Below are positions 1 to 9,279 of a DNA stretch of 64,000 nucleotides, piece after piece (the stretch's first letter is position 1; each line of letters opens with the position of its first letter). The notes beneath the pieces are model-generated. The model was not told where the DNA came from and searched no databases. It saw nothing but the letters and a program-made list of their open reading frames with translations. Source of the DNA: Candidatus Bathyarchaeota archaeon (lineage in GTDB: Archaea > Thermoproteota > Bathyarchaeia > Bathyarchaeales > Bathycorpusculaceae); NCBI GenBank assembly GCA_963806535.1, contig CAWDYC010000006.1, positions 1-64,000 on the forward strand, given 5' to 3'. Both the position numbers and the translations under genes were made by a program.

Positions 1-225
1 TTCCAATTCTTTAATGTCTCATATTACCTATCTAATTTCTTTTTTGTTACATACCATCATGTTTGAAACGCCGTAGCAAAAGACCTTGGCAGGCGGCATG
101 TTGATCTCTACTCAAACAAAATAACCCTGTCGTTAGTAATTCTTGGAAATCAACTAGAAGTGTGATAGGTTTTCTATGCGGTATTTTCGTCCACAACTTT
201 GCTTCCCCTGAAACACGAAGCATCA

Positions 226-921
226 CTACTTCACGGTCCTGCCTTTGATTTCTATTTGTTCTATTGGTCCTACGACTTCTTTTACTTGCATTTCTTTCTC
301 TATTACATACTGAAGGCGTATTTTTGCAGTTTTCCCGATGTCATCTAGCAAAACAATTCCGCCTATTGGCTTGATTTCTAAGCCGTCGGCTAGAAGTCCA
401 TCTTCAGCAGTTAAAAGGGAAGTGACAATTCTTTCACCAATCGAATCAGCTTGATTCAGATCTACCCCAAAAATGTCAATTGCGTAAAGTGCTTTGACTT
501 TGATGGTTCTTAGGGTCATCACGTTTTTTGCGGACTCATATCTCACACAAACATTACTTTTGCCTCTTACAGGGGCTTTTTTGAAATCTATGGAAATCTC
601 CTCAGAATTAACCAAGTAGTCAGTTTTTTGGCTTAGGGCCTCACCCAGTGGCGATTCAACGCAGAGACTTTTATTCAGTGGTCTTTCTTGAAGCTTGAAC
701 GATTTCTTGACGCCGTCGCCGTCGAATTTTTCTTCAAATTGAATCTTGCCTTCGTCAAAATTTTCAGATAGCTCTGATTTCTTAAATTTGAATTTTAGGT
801 TTGAGATAGTTATTGATGGTGGCTTCGTAGGTTTTTCGTTGATAACTATATTCCCAGGTGGGATATCGGTTAGTTTTTGGCGAATAATGGTAGCTAATTT
901 GTCTTCGATTTCTGCAAGCAT
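226..921 (-). CDS. Putative tail terminator/cap protein (Pvc16/DUF4255-like) with an inserted beta-sandwich module
   Basis: Last gene of the tail operon. N-terminus MLAEIEDKLATIIRQKL...PPSITIS and C-terminal Y-x-I-D-I strand resemble tail-completion proteins. Internal module FDGDGVKKSFKL...DYLVN...IDFKKAPVRG...VCVRY. Confidence 0.5.
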   Translation of the reverse strand: MLAEIEDKLATIIRQKLTDIPPGNIVINEKPTKPPSITISNLKFKFKKSELSENFDEGKIQFEEKFDGDGVKKSFKLQERPLNKSLCVESPLGEALSQKTDYLVNSEEISIDFKKAPVRGKSNVCVRYESAKNVMTLRTIKVKALYAIDIFGVDLNQADSIGERIVTSLLTAEDGLLADGLEIKPIGGIVLLDDIGKTAKIRLQYVIEKEMQVKEVVGPIEQIEIKGRTVK

Positions 922-925
922 TTTA

Positions 926-1588
926 TCACTGGGTCAAAGCTTTCGTTGGTATAATCTTTGATCTGTAATGAATCACGTTGCCGATTCTTGGGGTGCAGTC
1001 CGAGATGATGTTTTTGAACGTGATGGAGAGAACTTCTTTGTCAGGATTTGGGTTAACGAGTTGGTAGCGGTACCAGACATACTCGTTTGGCGATAGCAAG
1101 TACTCTAGATAGGGGTTCTGTAATCCTTTTGGTCTAAGTTTTCGCCTGTCATGCACAAAAAGTTCGTTTACGACTGAGTTGGTTCCGTCGATATAGTTGA
1201 ATGTAGCTTCCAAAGCTTTTTGATCTCCCTTCTCTGCGCCAGCCCAATAATCTAAAAGCACCAGACGCGCCACTATGCTGAATCTGCATATGTCACCTAT
1301 ATCTCCTTTCGATCGCAGCAACTGTTTCGTTAAGAGCCCCACTATTGGCGCTTCATAGCTTGAGTTCTCTCCAGGAATGACTTCGTCTAGATTGTAGGCT
1401 TTTCCGATTTGGCTGTCCATGTTGAGCATCGTTGCACTTTCCTCCATGTTGTCCATGTACTCTTTTAAGACATCAAGTTTGTGTGCGAGTTCTTCCATGT
1501 CAGCTTGGATGTCTTGTTGCATTCTATTCCAATCTTCAGATCGAATAACTTCTCCCGGGTTCTTTACTATCGGATTGAATTTAGTCAT
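926..1588 (-). CDS. Putative short tail fibre/receptor-binding protein (coiled coil plus beta-sandwich)
   Basis: Likely start is the ATG at 1588 (MTKFNPIVKNPGEVIRSEDWN). A heptad-like helix follows, then a C-terminal NPNPDKEVLSITF motif typical of carbohydrate-binding jelly-roll domains. Lies after the baseplate genes. Confidence 0.45.
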   Translation of the reverse strand: MTKFNPIVKNPGEVIRSEDWNRMQQDIQADMEELAHKLDVLKEYMDNMEESATMLNMDSQIGKAYNLDEVIPGENSSYEAPIVGLLTKQLLRSKGDIGDICRFSIVARLVLLDYWAGAEKGDQKALEATFNYIDGTNSVVNELFVHDRRKLRPKGLQNPYLEYLLSPNEYVWYRYQLVNPNPDKEVLSITFKNIISDCTPRIGNVIHYRSKIIPTKALTQ

Positions 1589-1593
1589 TTTTT

Positions 1594-2499
1594 TCACTCC
1601 GTTAATTCGATTATCGCTTTCACTCCCGCCGCTTTCAGGTAATTTGCGGTTTTCTCCAAATAAGATGTTATAAGTCCTGAAGCAGCTACCGTTTGAGAGT
1701 TCAGTTGAAGAGTGAACGTTGCAGGTTGAGATCTTGTCCATTCGAAACGGACCCTGACCGTTGGAACTCCCAGGGCAAAAGTGTTTTCGTCAAATTTCCC
1801 GCTGTCAAACACTCCTATTAGTTCGAGAAGTGCTTCACTATATTTCCATCTCGAACCTTTTCTTTGGAGGGTAAACAGTTTGGTAGACGTGATTTTTTCC
1901 GTTACGTCTTTGTCCCCAATTGAGGCACCATTCTTGTTAATTATGAGTTGTTCGCCTTGTTTCAACTGCCCTTTGTAGGTTACAAACTCCCCTGTATCCG
2001 TGTTTGTTATTTTGGGGTTGCTGACTTGTCCTTCGCCTTCCACTGTGAGGCTTATCGTGGCCTCTTCATCTTTTATGCTGCTACTGCCAAGGAACCATGT
2101 GTCGTTTGCTATGACAACAAAATCCGTTGATGCTTCAGCCAAGGGATTTTCGATTAACTGCAAGTCTTTACTGTCTCTAAGCACACGCCTGAACTCTTCC
2201 AGAATTGCAGAAACCGTGCCTCCTCCTTTGTACTCATCCACTGCCCTTTTCAGATGTGCTCTTAAACGCGAATTATCTTCGTCTAAGCCACGTTTCACTC
2301 CGACAAGGGTGCCTATCTTGTCAAGATCTTCGCCCTCAGCAGTGTCAATCCAATGAGCCTTCATCAATTCGGTTATCCCTTCATCCGCATCGTCCAACTG
2401 ATTGCTTACCGACTGCAGCAGAATGGCTAAGAGGCTTTCCTTGTCCCAACTTCTGTAAATTCTTGGAAATCGGTTACCGATTTTTTCTCCTCTGCTCAT
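1594..2499 (-). CDS. Baseplate wedge protein (P2 gpI/tail I-like) with a Dit-like C-terminal domain
   Basis: Motifs RFPRIY...IDTAEGEDLDKIGTLVGVKR...GGGTVSAI. Directly downstream of baseplate J. Confidence 0.75.
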   Translation of the reverse strand: MSRGEKIGNRFPRIYRSWDKESLLAILLQSVSNQLDDADEGITELMKAHWIDTAEGEDLDKIGTLVGVKRGLDEDNSRLRAHLKRAVDEYKGGGTVSAILEEFRRVLRDSKDLQLIENPLAEASTDFVVIANDTWFLGSSSIKDEEATISLTVEGEGQVSNPKITNTDTGEFVTYKGQLKQGEQLIINKNGASIGDKDVTEKITSTKLFTLQRKGSRWKYSEALLELIGVFDSGKFDENTFALGVPTVRVRFEWTRSQPATFTLQLNSQTVAASGLITSYLEKTANYLKAAGVKAIIELTE

Positions 2500-2501
2500 C
2501 G

Positions 2502-4076
2502 CTACCCTCTCCTCTCAAAAGAAATGTTAACTGCTCTGGGCTCAGCCCTCTCGATGTTTTCAATATCTACATTTTCCATTCTCTTTTCAAGAATTGATCC
2601 ATCAGCTCTTTGAGCGGTCAACGTGAAATCGGTTACATCCCAAACTCCATTAATACTAACCACTGATTCTACAATTCTTGAGCAAAGCACGTCAGCGCCT
2701 ATTCCCAATGAGGAAATATAACTTCGTATACGCTTTTCTGTTTCAGCTGCTGCCAAAGCTGGAACAACCTCTTTTTCTAGCACTAGATTAAGATCAGCGT
2801 TTATGTAGACGATTTCGGGTCTGAAAACTTCCACTTTAATTCCAGCTGCCCTTGTGTCGTCTATAACACGCATTATTTTTTCCATATCGCCGCCGTCGAT
2901 TATTGCCTTCACGACTCCTGGAACGTTTTCGGGCATGTCTTCGATTAGGATAGATTTGACCCCTTCCACGGATTCGATAGCGGTTTCCAAGGAGGAATAG
3001 GTTGCTTTTCCTGCAAACTCTAGCGAGTGTTTCGCTCTTTCTCGCAATTCGTTGTCTTCCTCTGCTTCAACGCCATTTGTTATATCCCCTTTGTTAATTA
3101 CGTATTCAACTCCAGGTATTGGTTGTGGCATAACAACTATGGTGCCTGCGAAAACATTGCCTTTTTGTCCAGCAATAGTGCAGACTATTGGAACTTCAGC
3201 CTCCCATTTCCCAGGAGCTGTTTGGGTAACCAGCGCTTTTTCGACGGTTGTAAATATCGTGTTTTCCTCGGGTTTCGTTGAAGGAGCAGAAACATTCGTC
3301 CCTTTCGGGATTTCGATTTCACGGTAAGCTTCGTAGTCGATTCGGAAAACTGTTTTTGTATCTGGCTTCTTCCCTTCAGGAAGCCATCGTAAGTTCCTTC
3401 CGAAAAGAGCAAAATCTTCACTTGGCACGAAGACTATTGTCTTGTCTTTATAGATGCCTTCGATTTTTGTGATGCCTTTAATGAGTTGTCTGGTTATGGG
3501 GTATTCCAGAGAATTATCATAAAGATGCACTTCGCCTGCTATCGGAACTATCTCTGGTTCAGTGTTTCTTCCAAAAGTCACACTACCAGATGAGGGTTGA
3601 GGGGGTTTACGCTTGATTCCGAGAATTGAAACTACCAAATCCAGCGCTTTTCCAGTTGCTGTGTCTAAAAATCCTGCAAAATAAGCTTGTTCCATCTCAA
3701 GATAAAGGTACTCTATTTCCCTGCTTATCGCTTCAACAATTGTCCTAGTAACGCTCCCAGCGTTTACGTCGGTAATTCCCGAATTGATTGAAAACAAATA
3801 ATTCACGGTGAACAAAGTACTATCGTCGGGATTAGCGGTTTTGCTCACCCACTCAATCGCGTCAGCGGTCAGCCGGTAATCAATGCCTTTTTCAAATAGC
3901 TTTGCAGCACCTTCGAAAGTTCCATTCACCGCGTCAATCCGAGTGATTGGAACGTTGTGCAGTTTATAGACTCTATTATTTTTGTCGAAACGTAATGTTT
4001 CAGAAACAGTTCCGCCCGTGATCTGTGATAAAATTTCTTTCGCGATTTGCCTGTATTCTTTTTTTTCAAACGGCAT
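2502..4076 (-). CDS. Baseplate J/gp47-family wedge protein
   Basis: Motifs TDVNAGSVTRTIVEA, FLDTATGKALDLVVSILGIKRK, GQKGNV, GVEAEEDNELRERA and AIESVEGV. Confidence 0.92.
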   Translation of the reverse strand: MPFEKKEYRQIAKEILSQITGGTVSETLRFDKNNRVYKLHNVPITRIDAVNGTFEGAAKLFEKGIDYRLTADAIEWVSKTANPDDSTLFTVNYLFSINSGITDVNAGSVTRTIVEAISREIEYLYLEMEQAYFAGFLDTATGKALDLVVSILGIKRKPPQPSSGSVTFGRNTEPEIVPIAGEVHLYDNSLEYPITRQLIKGITKIEGIYKDKTIVFVPSEDFALFGRNLRWLPEGKKPDTKTVFRIDYEAYREIEIPKGTNVSAPSTKPEENTIFTTVEKALVTQTAPGKWEAEVPIVCTIAGQKGNVFAGTIVVMPQPIPGVEYVINKGDITNGVEAEEDNELRERAKHSLEFAGKATYSSLETAIESVEGVKSILIEDMPENVPGVVKAIIDGGDMEKIMRVIDDTRAAGIKVEVFRPEIVYINADLNLVLEKEVVPALAAAETEKRIRSYISSLGIGADVLCSRIVESVVSINGVWDVTDFTLTAQRADGSILEKRMENVDIENIERAEPRAVNISFERRG

Positions 4077-4081
4077 TTTTT

Positions 4082-4504
4082 TTATCCCTCCAAACGAAAT
4101 GGATATGATAAAGTTAGATAGTGGTTACTTTCGATTGGTAGAACTGTGATTTCGATGTCCACTCGTTGTGGATCAGATTTGTTTGTTAGCACGGAAACAT
4201 TGATAACCTCCTTGATTCTTGATTCTTGAGAGAGGCATTCTCTTACTACCAATTCAATTCTTTTTCTTGTAACTTCATTGTTTATTTCGCCTACAACTTC
4301 GAAAAGGTGTGAACCATAATCTGCGTGTCCTATATCGTACAATTCACCTTGATCGGTTGAAAGTCTCATCGTGATTGCTTGGAGAAGGTTGTCTTCGTTT
4401 TCAACCGTATCCAGATCACCTTTTCTTGTAGGCGATAAATCAGCACCCAACTCGACAAACTGCAATCTTAGGTCTTTTCCTATTCCAAATTGTTCAGCCA
4501 TCAT
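4082..4504 (-). CDS. GPW/gp25-family sheath initiator
   Basis: GDLDTVENEDNLLQAITMRLSTDQGEL...HADYGSHL...ECLSQESRIKEV is a typical gp25 signature. Confidence 0.92.
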   Translation of the reverse strand: MMAEQFGIGKDLRLQFVELGADLSPTRKGDLDTVENEDNLLQAITMRLSTDQGELYDIGHADYGSHLFEVVGEINNEVTRKRIELVVRECLSQESRIKEVINVSVLTNKSDPQRVDIEITVLPIESNHYLTLSYPFRLEG

Positions 4505-4512
4505 AGGTCACC

Positions 4513-5232
4513 TTAGTTTATGCTGACGGTTGCCCCCTTGATTTTCATAGTTGCACTTGCTTCAACATTCATCGTGGCTGAAGACTTGAATTCAGCTGCT
4601 GCTCCGGAGTTGACTTTTAAATCAGTCCCAGATTTGAGGTTCATATCTTGGTCGCTTTCTATTTTTACACTTGCACCTGTAATGGTGAAGTTGCCCTTAG
4701 ATTTTAAGGAGGCATCTCCATCGGCCAGAACGTTTACATTCGCCTTTGACTCTATGAGAACATCGCCATCTCTGGCTATAACTATCTTAGTTTTTCCAGC
4801 TTTAATGTCCACTTCGTCATCAGTTACCTTGAGAATTATTCCCTGAGGGAACTCCACGTAGATTCTTCTGACTTTAGGATTCGTATTGTAAGGTGGAACG
4901 TAAACTATTTCTTCGGCATTATTTAGAGGCGGTCTGTCTTCATCGTTGTAGAGTCTTCCCGTGACGATTGGCGCATTTATGTCGCCGTCAATGAAGACTA
5001 CAACTACTAGGTCGCCGACACGAGGGATTCCTGCTAAACCTATGCATTGAGTCGAGATTGGCACTTTTCTTAACTCGAGTTCAGTGTTCTTCAATCTCAC
5101 ATTACACTCGTAGTTGTCTTTGTCACTTGCCCCAGAATGCGGAAAGATTGATGTCACCAGACCTAACGTTGGCAAATGAACCTTAGTGATTTCTTTCTGT
5201 GCGACGACCCTTATTGTTTCAACTATACTCAT
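4513..5232 (-). CDS. Central spike (gpV/gp5-like: OB-fold plus beta-helix)
   Basis: OB-fold motif IPRVGDLVVVVFIDGDINAPIVTGRLY, repetitive beta-helix C-terminus ending IKGATVSIN. Likely ATG at 5232. Confidence 0.9.
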   Translation of the reverse strand: MSIVETIRVVAQKEITKVHLPTLGLVTSIFPHSGASDKDNYECNVRLKNTELELRKVPISTQCIGLAGIPRVGDLVVVVFIDGDINAPIVTGRLYNDEDRPPLNNAEEIVYVPPYNTNPKVRRIYVEFPQGIILKVTDDEVDIKAGKTKIVIARDGDVLIESKANVNVLADGDASLKSKGNFTITGASVKIESDQDMNLKSGTDLKVNSGAAAEFKSSATMNVEASATMKIKGATVSIN

Positions 5233-5236
5233 TATG

Positions 5237-6200
5237 TCACACCTTACTCCAGCATGTAACGATTGACACAAATCCTCTTTCTTTACTCAAGTTGTGTTCC
5301 AGACTTCGCACTTCTAGCGTGCTATTTGAAAATGGATAAGGGGCATTCTCAACAGTCACGGTGTCTCCAATTTGTATTGAGGGATTGCCCACAGTGTCAA
5401 CAATCAACCCAAAAGTATACTTCAGTTTCTCCATCTTTGCCTTGGCAACTGTCTCTGCAGTTTTCTGATCTCTGATAGCGGGGTCCTGAACAAGAAGTGC
5501 CATGCCGCTTCCAGCTTCGCCTTTCACCTCTTTCTTAGTCAGCCAATGATACGTATCTGATCCTTTGATGCTTGAAGGGCTTTCTCCGTAAACTTTGGTG
5601 CCAGTGTACAAAGGTGAATAGTCTAAAGCCTCAAGACGGATTATTTCTTTCCCATACCTGAGAGAGTGATTCTTGGATTTTCCCCACTCTTTAAACACGA
5701 GCAGTTCATCTTCAGTGAAATAGGCATCAAAGTTGCATCTTTCAGCCAACCTCAGAATATGCTCGTAACCATTCATCTTATCCGTTATTGCATAAACTGG
5801 AAAGGTAATTCCGTCAGAAGCGGTTTTCACCTGGGCTTTTGCTTCTTGAGCAATGTTCTTAACTATCTGTCCCGCCGTCTGGCTGAGGTAGATTCTGTTA
5901 AGCCTTAAACGGAGAAGCTTCGCGCCTAAACCTAGCGCAGTTATTCGCACCGTGTTAATTTCTTGGCTTATGTTCTCAACTGCTCCTTTAAAGATTGGTT
6001 GCTATTTTATCGTCGTATCCGAGTTTGACTTTGGTGTCGTCTCCTTTCTTAAACGAGTACGCTTTGCTTCCGATTAGACAGAGCTCCGCTGAGTCTGTGG
6101 GCAACCCGACGTTTCTGGAGACTCTTAGACTTACGAGTTCAGAACCGGTTTCTCGGCTAAATTTCTTCGACCCCACTGTGACCTCATAGTTTGGGCGCAT
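5237..6200 (-). CDS. Baseplate hub (late control D/gp27-like), split by one frameshift near 6000
   Basis: ORFs 5988-6248 and 5237-5950 join as ...VKLGYDDK/QPIFKGAVENISQEINTVRITALG. C-terminal motif GNPSIQIGDTV...HNLSKERGFVS. Confidence 0.85.
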
Positions 6201-6210
6201 TACCTCGTCG

Positions 6211-6738
6211 CTAGCCATTTGATTCATCTCCATGCCTGTTTTCTTCAAGCACTTTGTTTATTTTGTTTTGAACTTCTCTCTTTGAGTCTGCTTCCTGATT
6301 CGGGGGCGGTGTCTCACCTGGACCTTTTTTCCAACCGGTATTTGCGGAAGTGTATTCTCTTAGGACTATCGAGTATCGAATACCAAGGCGGTCACCCTTA
6401 GCAAAGTGAATTGTGAAGTTATCAATCACAATTTCCGTAATTCCACTAATTGTTGCAATGTCAGTTGAAAACTTGATAGGCTTCTTCATTTCAAACTTGG
6501 AATTCAGGTCCTCCAAGATCTTTGTTGCTTGTAGTCCTGTGAGTTCGCCGTTTAAAGATATTGTAATTGGGTTTCTTCCCATATCTTGGAAAACGTTACC
6601 CACGGAACCTGGGATTTGGAGTTCCACTAGTCGACGTTTCCCATAGACGACAAGATTTGAGATGCTTCTGATTTCATTTGCTTTTCCGTCTTTGTCGACC
6701 CGTTTTATGAGTTCAACGTCGTCTAGTTTCATTTTCAT
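6211..6738 (-). CDS. Tube initiator/baseplate protein (Mu 'DNA circularisation N-terminal'-like)
   Basis: Motif RRLVELQIPGSVGNVFQDMGRNPITISLNG. Sits between the tape-measure and hub genes. Confidence 0.7.
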   Translation of the reverse strand: MKMKLDDVELIKRVDKDGKANEIRSISNLVVYGKRRLVELQIPGSVGNVFQDMGRNPITISLNGELTGLQATKILEDLNSKFEMKKPIKFSTDIATISGITEIVIDNFTIHFAKGDRLGIRYSIVLREYTSANTGWKKGPGETPPPNQEADSKREVQNKINKVLEENRHGDESNG

Positions 6739-6747
6739 AGACTATTC

Positions 6748-9276
6748 TCATAACCTCGAAGTTCCATAGTATCCGCAAAGCTGCTTTGCAAGGATTTGAC
6801 GGATCTTCTTTTCTAATTCTCTCAAATCATCAGCCTCCGCAAAGACATTCAGATTTATGTTTCCGTGGCTGCCCTGCCCAACTAGTCTAACAGGTGCTGT
6901 CTGCGAAGCATACAGGTCAGGCAAACCTGAACTACCCAAACCGGATCTAGCTTCGCTTGGAATCACGCTTGTTACTGGCGGAGCTAAGCCATTGTCTGAG
7001 AGTTGTTCCGACAGAATTTTGCCAATCTTTCTCTCAAGCTCCATTAAGTCTTCATTGGCTGTGTTGGCAGATACTGAAACGTCAATAGACTCCGACTCAA
7101 ACTCTCTAAAAGTCCGAAATGAACTCTTCGAAGAATCAAATTGTTGGTCGAAATAAACTGGTTCACTGGTTTTTTGAAAAGAAGGCTCCTCTTTGGCTTG
7201 AGGTTTAAGCATTTCCGATACTTTCATCCCGGCGGAAAGCTCACTGAGCTTTGTTGTCCTAATAGGACCTGCGACAGCTAAATCGGGCAGATTTTTGGCA
7301 TACATTGCCCAGACATGTTGAATGTCTTCAATTAATGTTGCAGGCTCTCGCCTTTTTGGTTTCTGAGATATTTGTTCGGCAAATGAAAGGGAAGGCTGAA
7401 TTGGAGTGTATGAGAGAACTTCTGCCTCTTCAATTGCCCTTCTTTGAAAAACTTTACTATTTTCTTCTCGATAAAGTTGTTTATTCCCTTTTCGTCGTTG
7501 AGGCCCTTGTCCTAGCTTTTCACGCCTTTTCAAAGCTGGATGGTCTTCCACGGTTTGTTGAATCTTCCGAAATGACTGACGTGGGGTATTAGCGAAATTT
7601 GAAGGAAGCAGCGAAATTTTATTTTCAGGCGGTTCAGCCTTCAACTCTGTCATGTTAGCAAATGGTTCTTTTGTCTTTTTTACTAAATCTACCTGTGTTG
7701 CTTGAGATTTTCGGATACGTTCAACTAAACTATTTGTTAGCGTTACCTTTGATCTTGAATATGAGGCAAGAATAGTCTGTAATTTTTGGAGGTCAACGAG
7801 TAGAGGTTTTAGTGTTCTTGAAAAATACGAAGTTGGCAGCGTTGCCGAAGGCATTAGAGAAGCATTTAATCGAATCTCAGTCGCTTGAGTCTTTTGGTCG
7901 AGAGAGGGAGCGGACAATGACGCAGGTATTACAAAAGGAATATCAGCCTTCTCGGTAGTGATGAAGGCTTTACGCCCTTCAAGAGTTAAAGCAGGCAACG
8001 AATTTAGGTGTGCAATGAGATGAGATATCACTAGCTTGTTTTCAGCGCTTTCGACATCAGAAGTGTGAGGGCTCTGGGATTGAGCGGTTTCATCCGCTAC
8101 TTGTATATGCGGAAGACGAGGAACTTGTGCTTCCTCAATACTTTTAGCCAAAATGAGAGCAGGTACCATTTGGACATATTCGATTAGCGAGGGAAGCTTT
8201 CGTAAGACGACTGTTTCTTCAAGAATATGAACAGCGGGCCGACGCGAAACCACTTCTTCTCTTTCAGCAGATGATTCAATCAATCTTGACGATGGAGTTT
8301 TTTTAACATTTAATGATATCTTTCGTTCTGCAGGAATGACCTCTTCAGTTGCAATTCCTACTGGAAGTGTGGTTTGGTTTTTGGACGAGACAAACGTTTC
8401 AGAAACCAATTTTGCAGGTGGCAGTAACTGCGTCTTTTTTTCCATTGTTGAAAGGGTTCTTGTGGCGATTCGCTTTTGGAGTTCAATAATCCATTGAAGA
8501 GGTGCTAGTTCGGTTTCTTCAAACTCTTCCGTCACAATTTTCCTATCTGTTTTCTGCTTCTTTTGACAGATGAGTGGCATTTGTAGTTCCTTGGTCTTTT
8601 GTGATTCGATTTCTTCGGGAGCCATAAATGCTGAAACTTCAGGAATAACAGATGCGAGAGTAATGGTTTTGCTGGGAATCGCAGCCTTTGGTTCCGTGGC
8701 GACTGATGTAAAATGCATTGCCTGTTTTTGGATTTCTAAAAATGCACCCGAGGCTTTCTGAACCTTCCCTGATAGTATGGTTGCTAGCTCTTTCTGAAGA
8801 TTGATTACATGGTTGAAGATGCTTTCAGGCTGAGGATGCCAAGCGATTTTTCGTGAAGTTTCAGCTGTTTCTTTGCGATCTTTAGATTTTGGACGCCCTG
8901 GTGTTTCTTGCGGTCTCAAGCCTTTTTCTGCTTGAGGTTTCTCAGTTTGAAACATTGAAATGTTAAAAAGGAAAGAAATAGGAGACATCCTCGTAATACG
9001 ATCAGCGCTTTTTTCTTCATGTTCATTTGTCGCTTCAAGTCCAAAATAACTCGGAAATAAATACTCAAAATGGGTTATTGTGAATCCTTGGATGGCTCTG
9101 TAGACATCAACTTCATAAGTGATTACTCGGTAGACTATATCCAAATACGAGAAAACTACTGTAATTACAGCTGGAACTTTTTCGACGCTTTGACTATTCT
9201 CAAGTAAGCGTTCTATAAGGTGTTGACTAGACAACGCGAGATTGAATGGTTTCTGGAGGAAATTTTTTTCTCCCAT
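6748..9276 (-). CDS. Tape-measure-like protein (842 aa, S/E/K/P/T-rich)
   Basis: Longest gene of the operon, in the canonical slot after the chaperone. Duplicated C-terminal motif DLMELERKIGKILSEQL / DLRELEKKIRQILAKQL. Confidence 0.6.
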   Translation of the reverse strand: MGEKNFLQKPFNLALSSQHLIERLLENSQSVEKVPAVITVVFSYLDIVYRVITYEVDVYRAIQGFTITHFEYLFPSYFGLEATNEHEEKSADRITRMSPISFLFNISMFQTEKPQAEKGLRPQETPGRPKSKDRKETAETSRKIAWHPQPESIFNHVINLQKELATILSGKVQKASGAFLEIQKQAMHFTSVATEPKAAIPSKTITLASVIPEVSAFMAPEEIESQKTKELQMPLICQKKQKTDRKIVTEEFEETELAPLQWIIELQKRIATRTLSTMEKKTQLLPPAKLVSETFVSSKNQTTLPVGIATEEVIPAERKISLNVKKTPSSRLIESSAEREEVVSRRPAVHILEETVVLRKLPSLIEYVQMVPALILAKSIEEAQVPRLPHIQVADETAQSQSPHTSDVESAENKLVISHLIAHLNSLPALTLEGRKAFITTEKADIPFVIPASLSAPSLDQKTQATEIRLNASLMPSATLPTSYFSRTLKPLLVDLQKLQTILASYSRSKVTLTNSLVERIRKSQATQVDLVKKTKEPFANMTELKAEPPENKISLLPSNFANTPRQSFRKIQQTVEDHPALKRREKLGQGPQRRKGNKQLYREENSKVFQRRAIEEAEVLSYTPIQPSLSFAEQISQKPKRREPATLIEDIQHVWAMYAKNLPDLAVAGPIRTTKLSELSAGMKVSEMLKPQAKEEPSFQKTSEPVYFDQQFDSSKSSFRTFREFESESIDVSVSANTANEDLMELERKIGKILSEQLSDNGLAPPVTSVIPSEARSGLGSSGLPDLYASQTAPVRLVGQGSHGNINLNVFAEADDLRELEKKIRQILAKQLCGYYGTSRL

Positions 9277-9279
9277 GTC

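Noticed and set aside
1-30. Start of a further tail-operon gene at the window edge
   Set aside because: The ATG at 22 is followed at once by a stop, and too little sequence is visible to call.
5950-6010. Split hub gene (and the sheath lacking an in-frame start) as evidence that the tail system is dead
   Set aside because: Each is repaired by removing one base, the same error type seen in housekeeping genes. Needs a read check.
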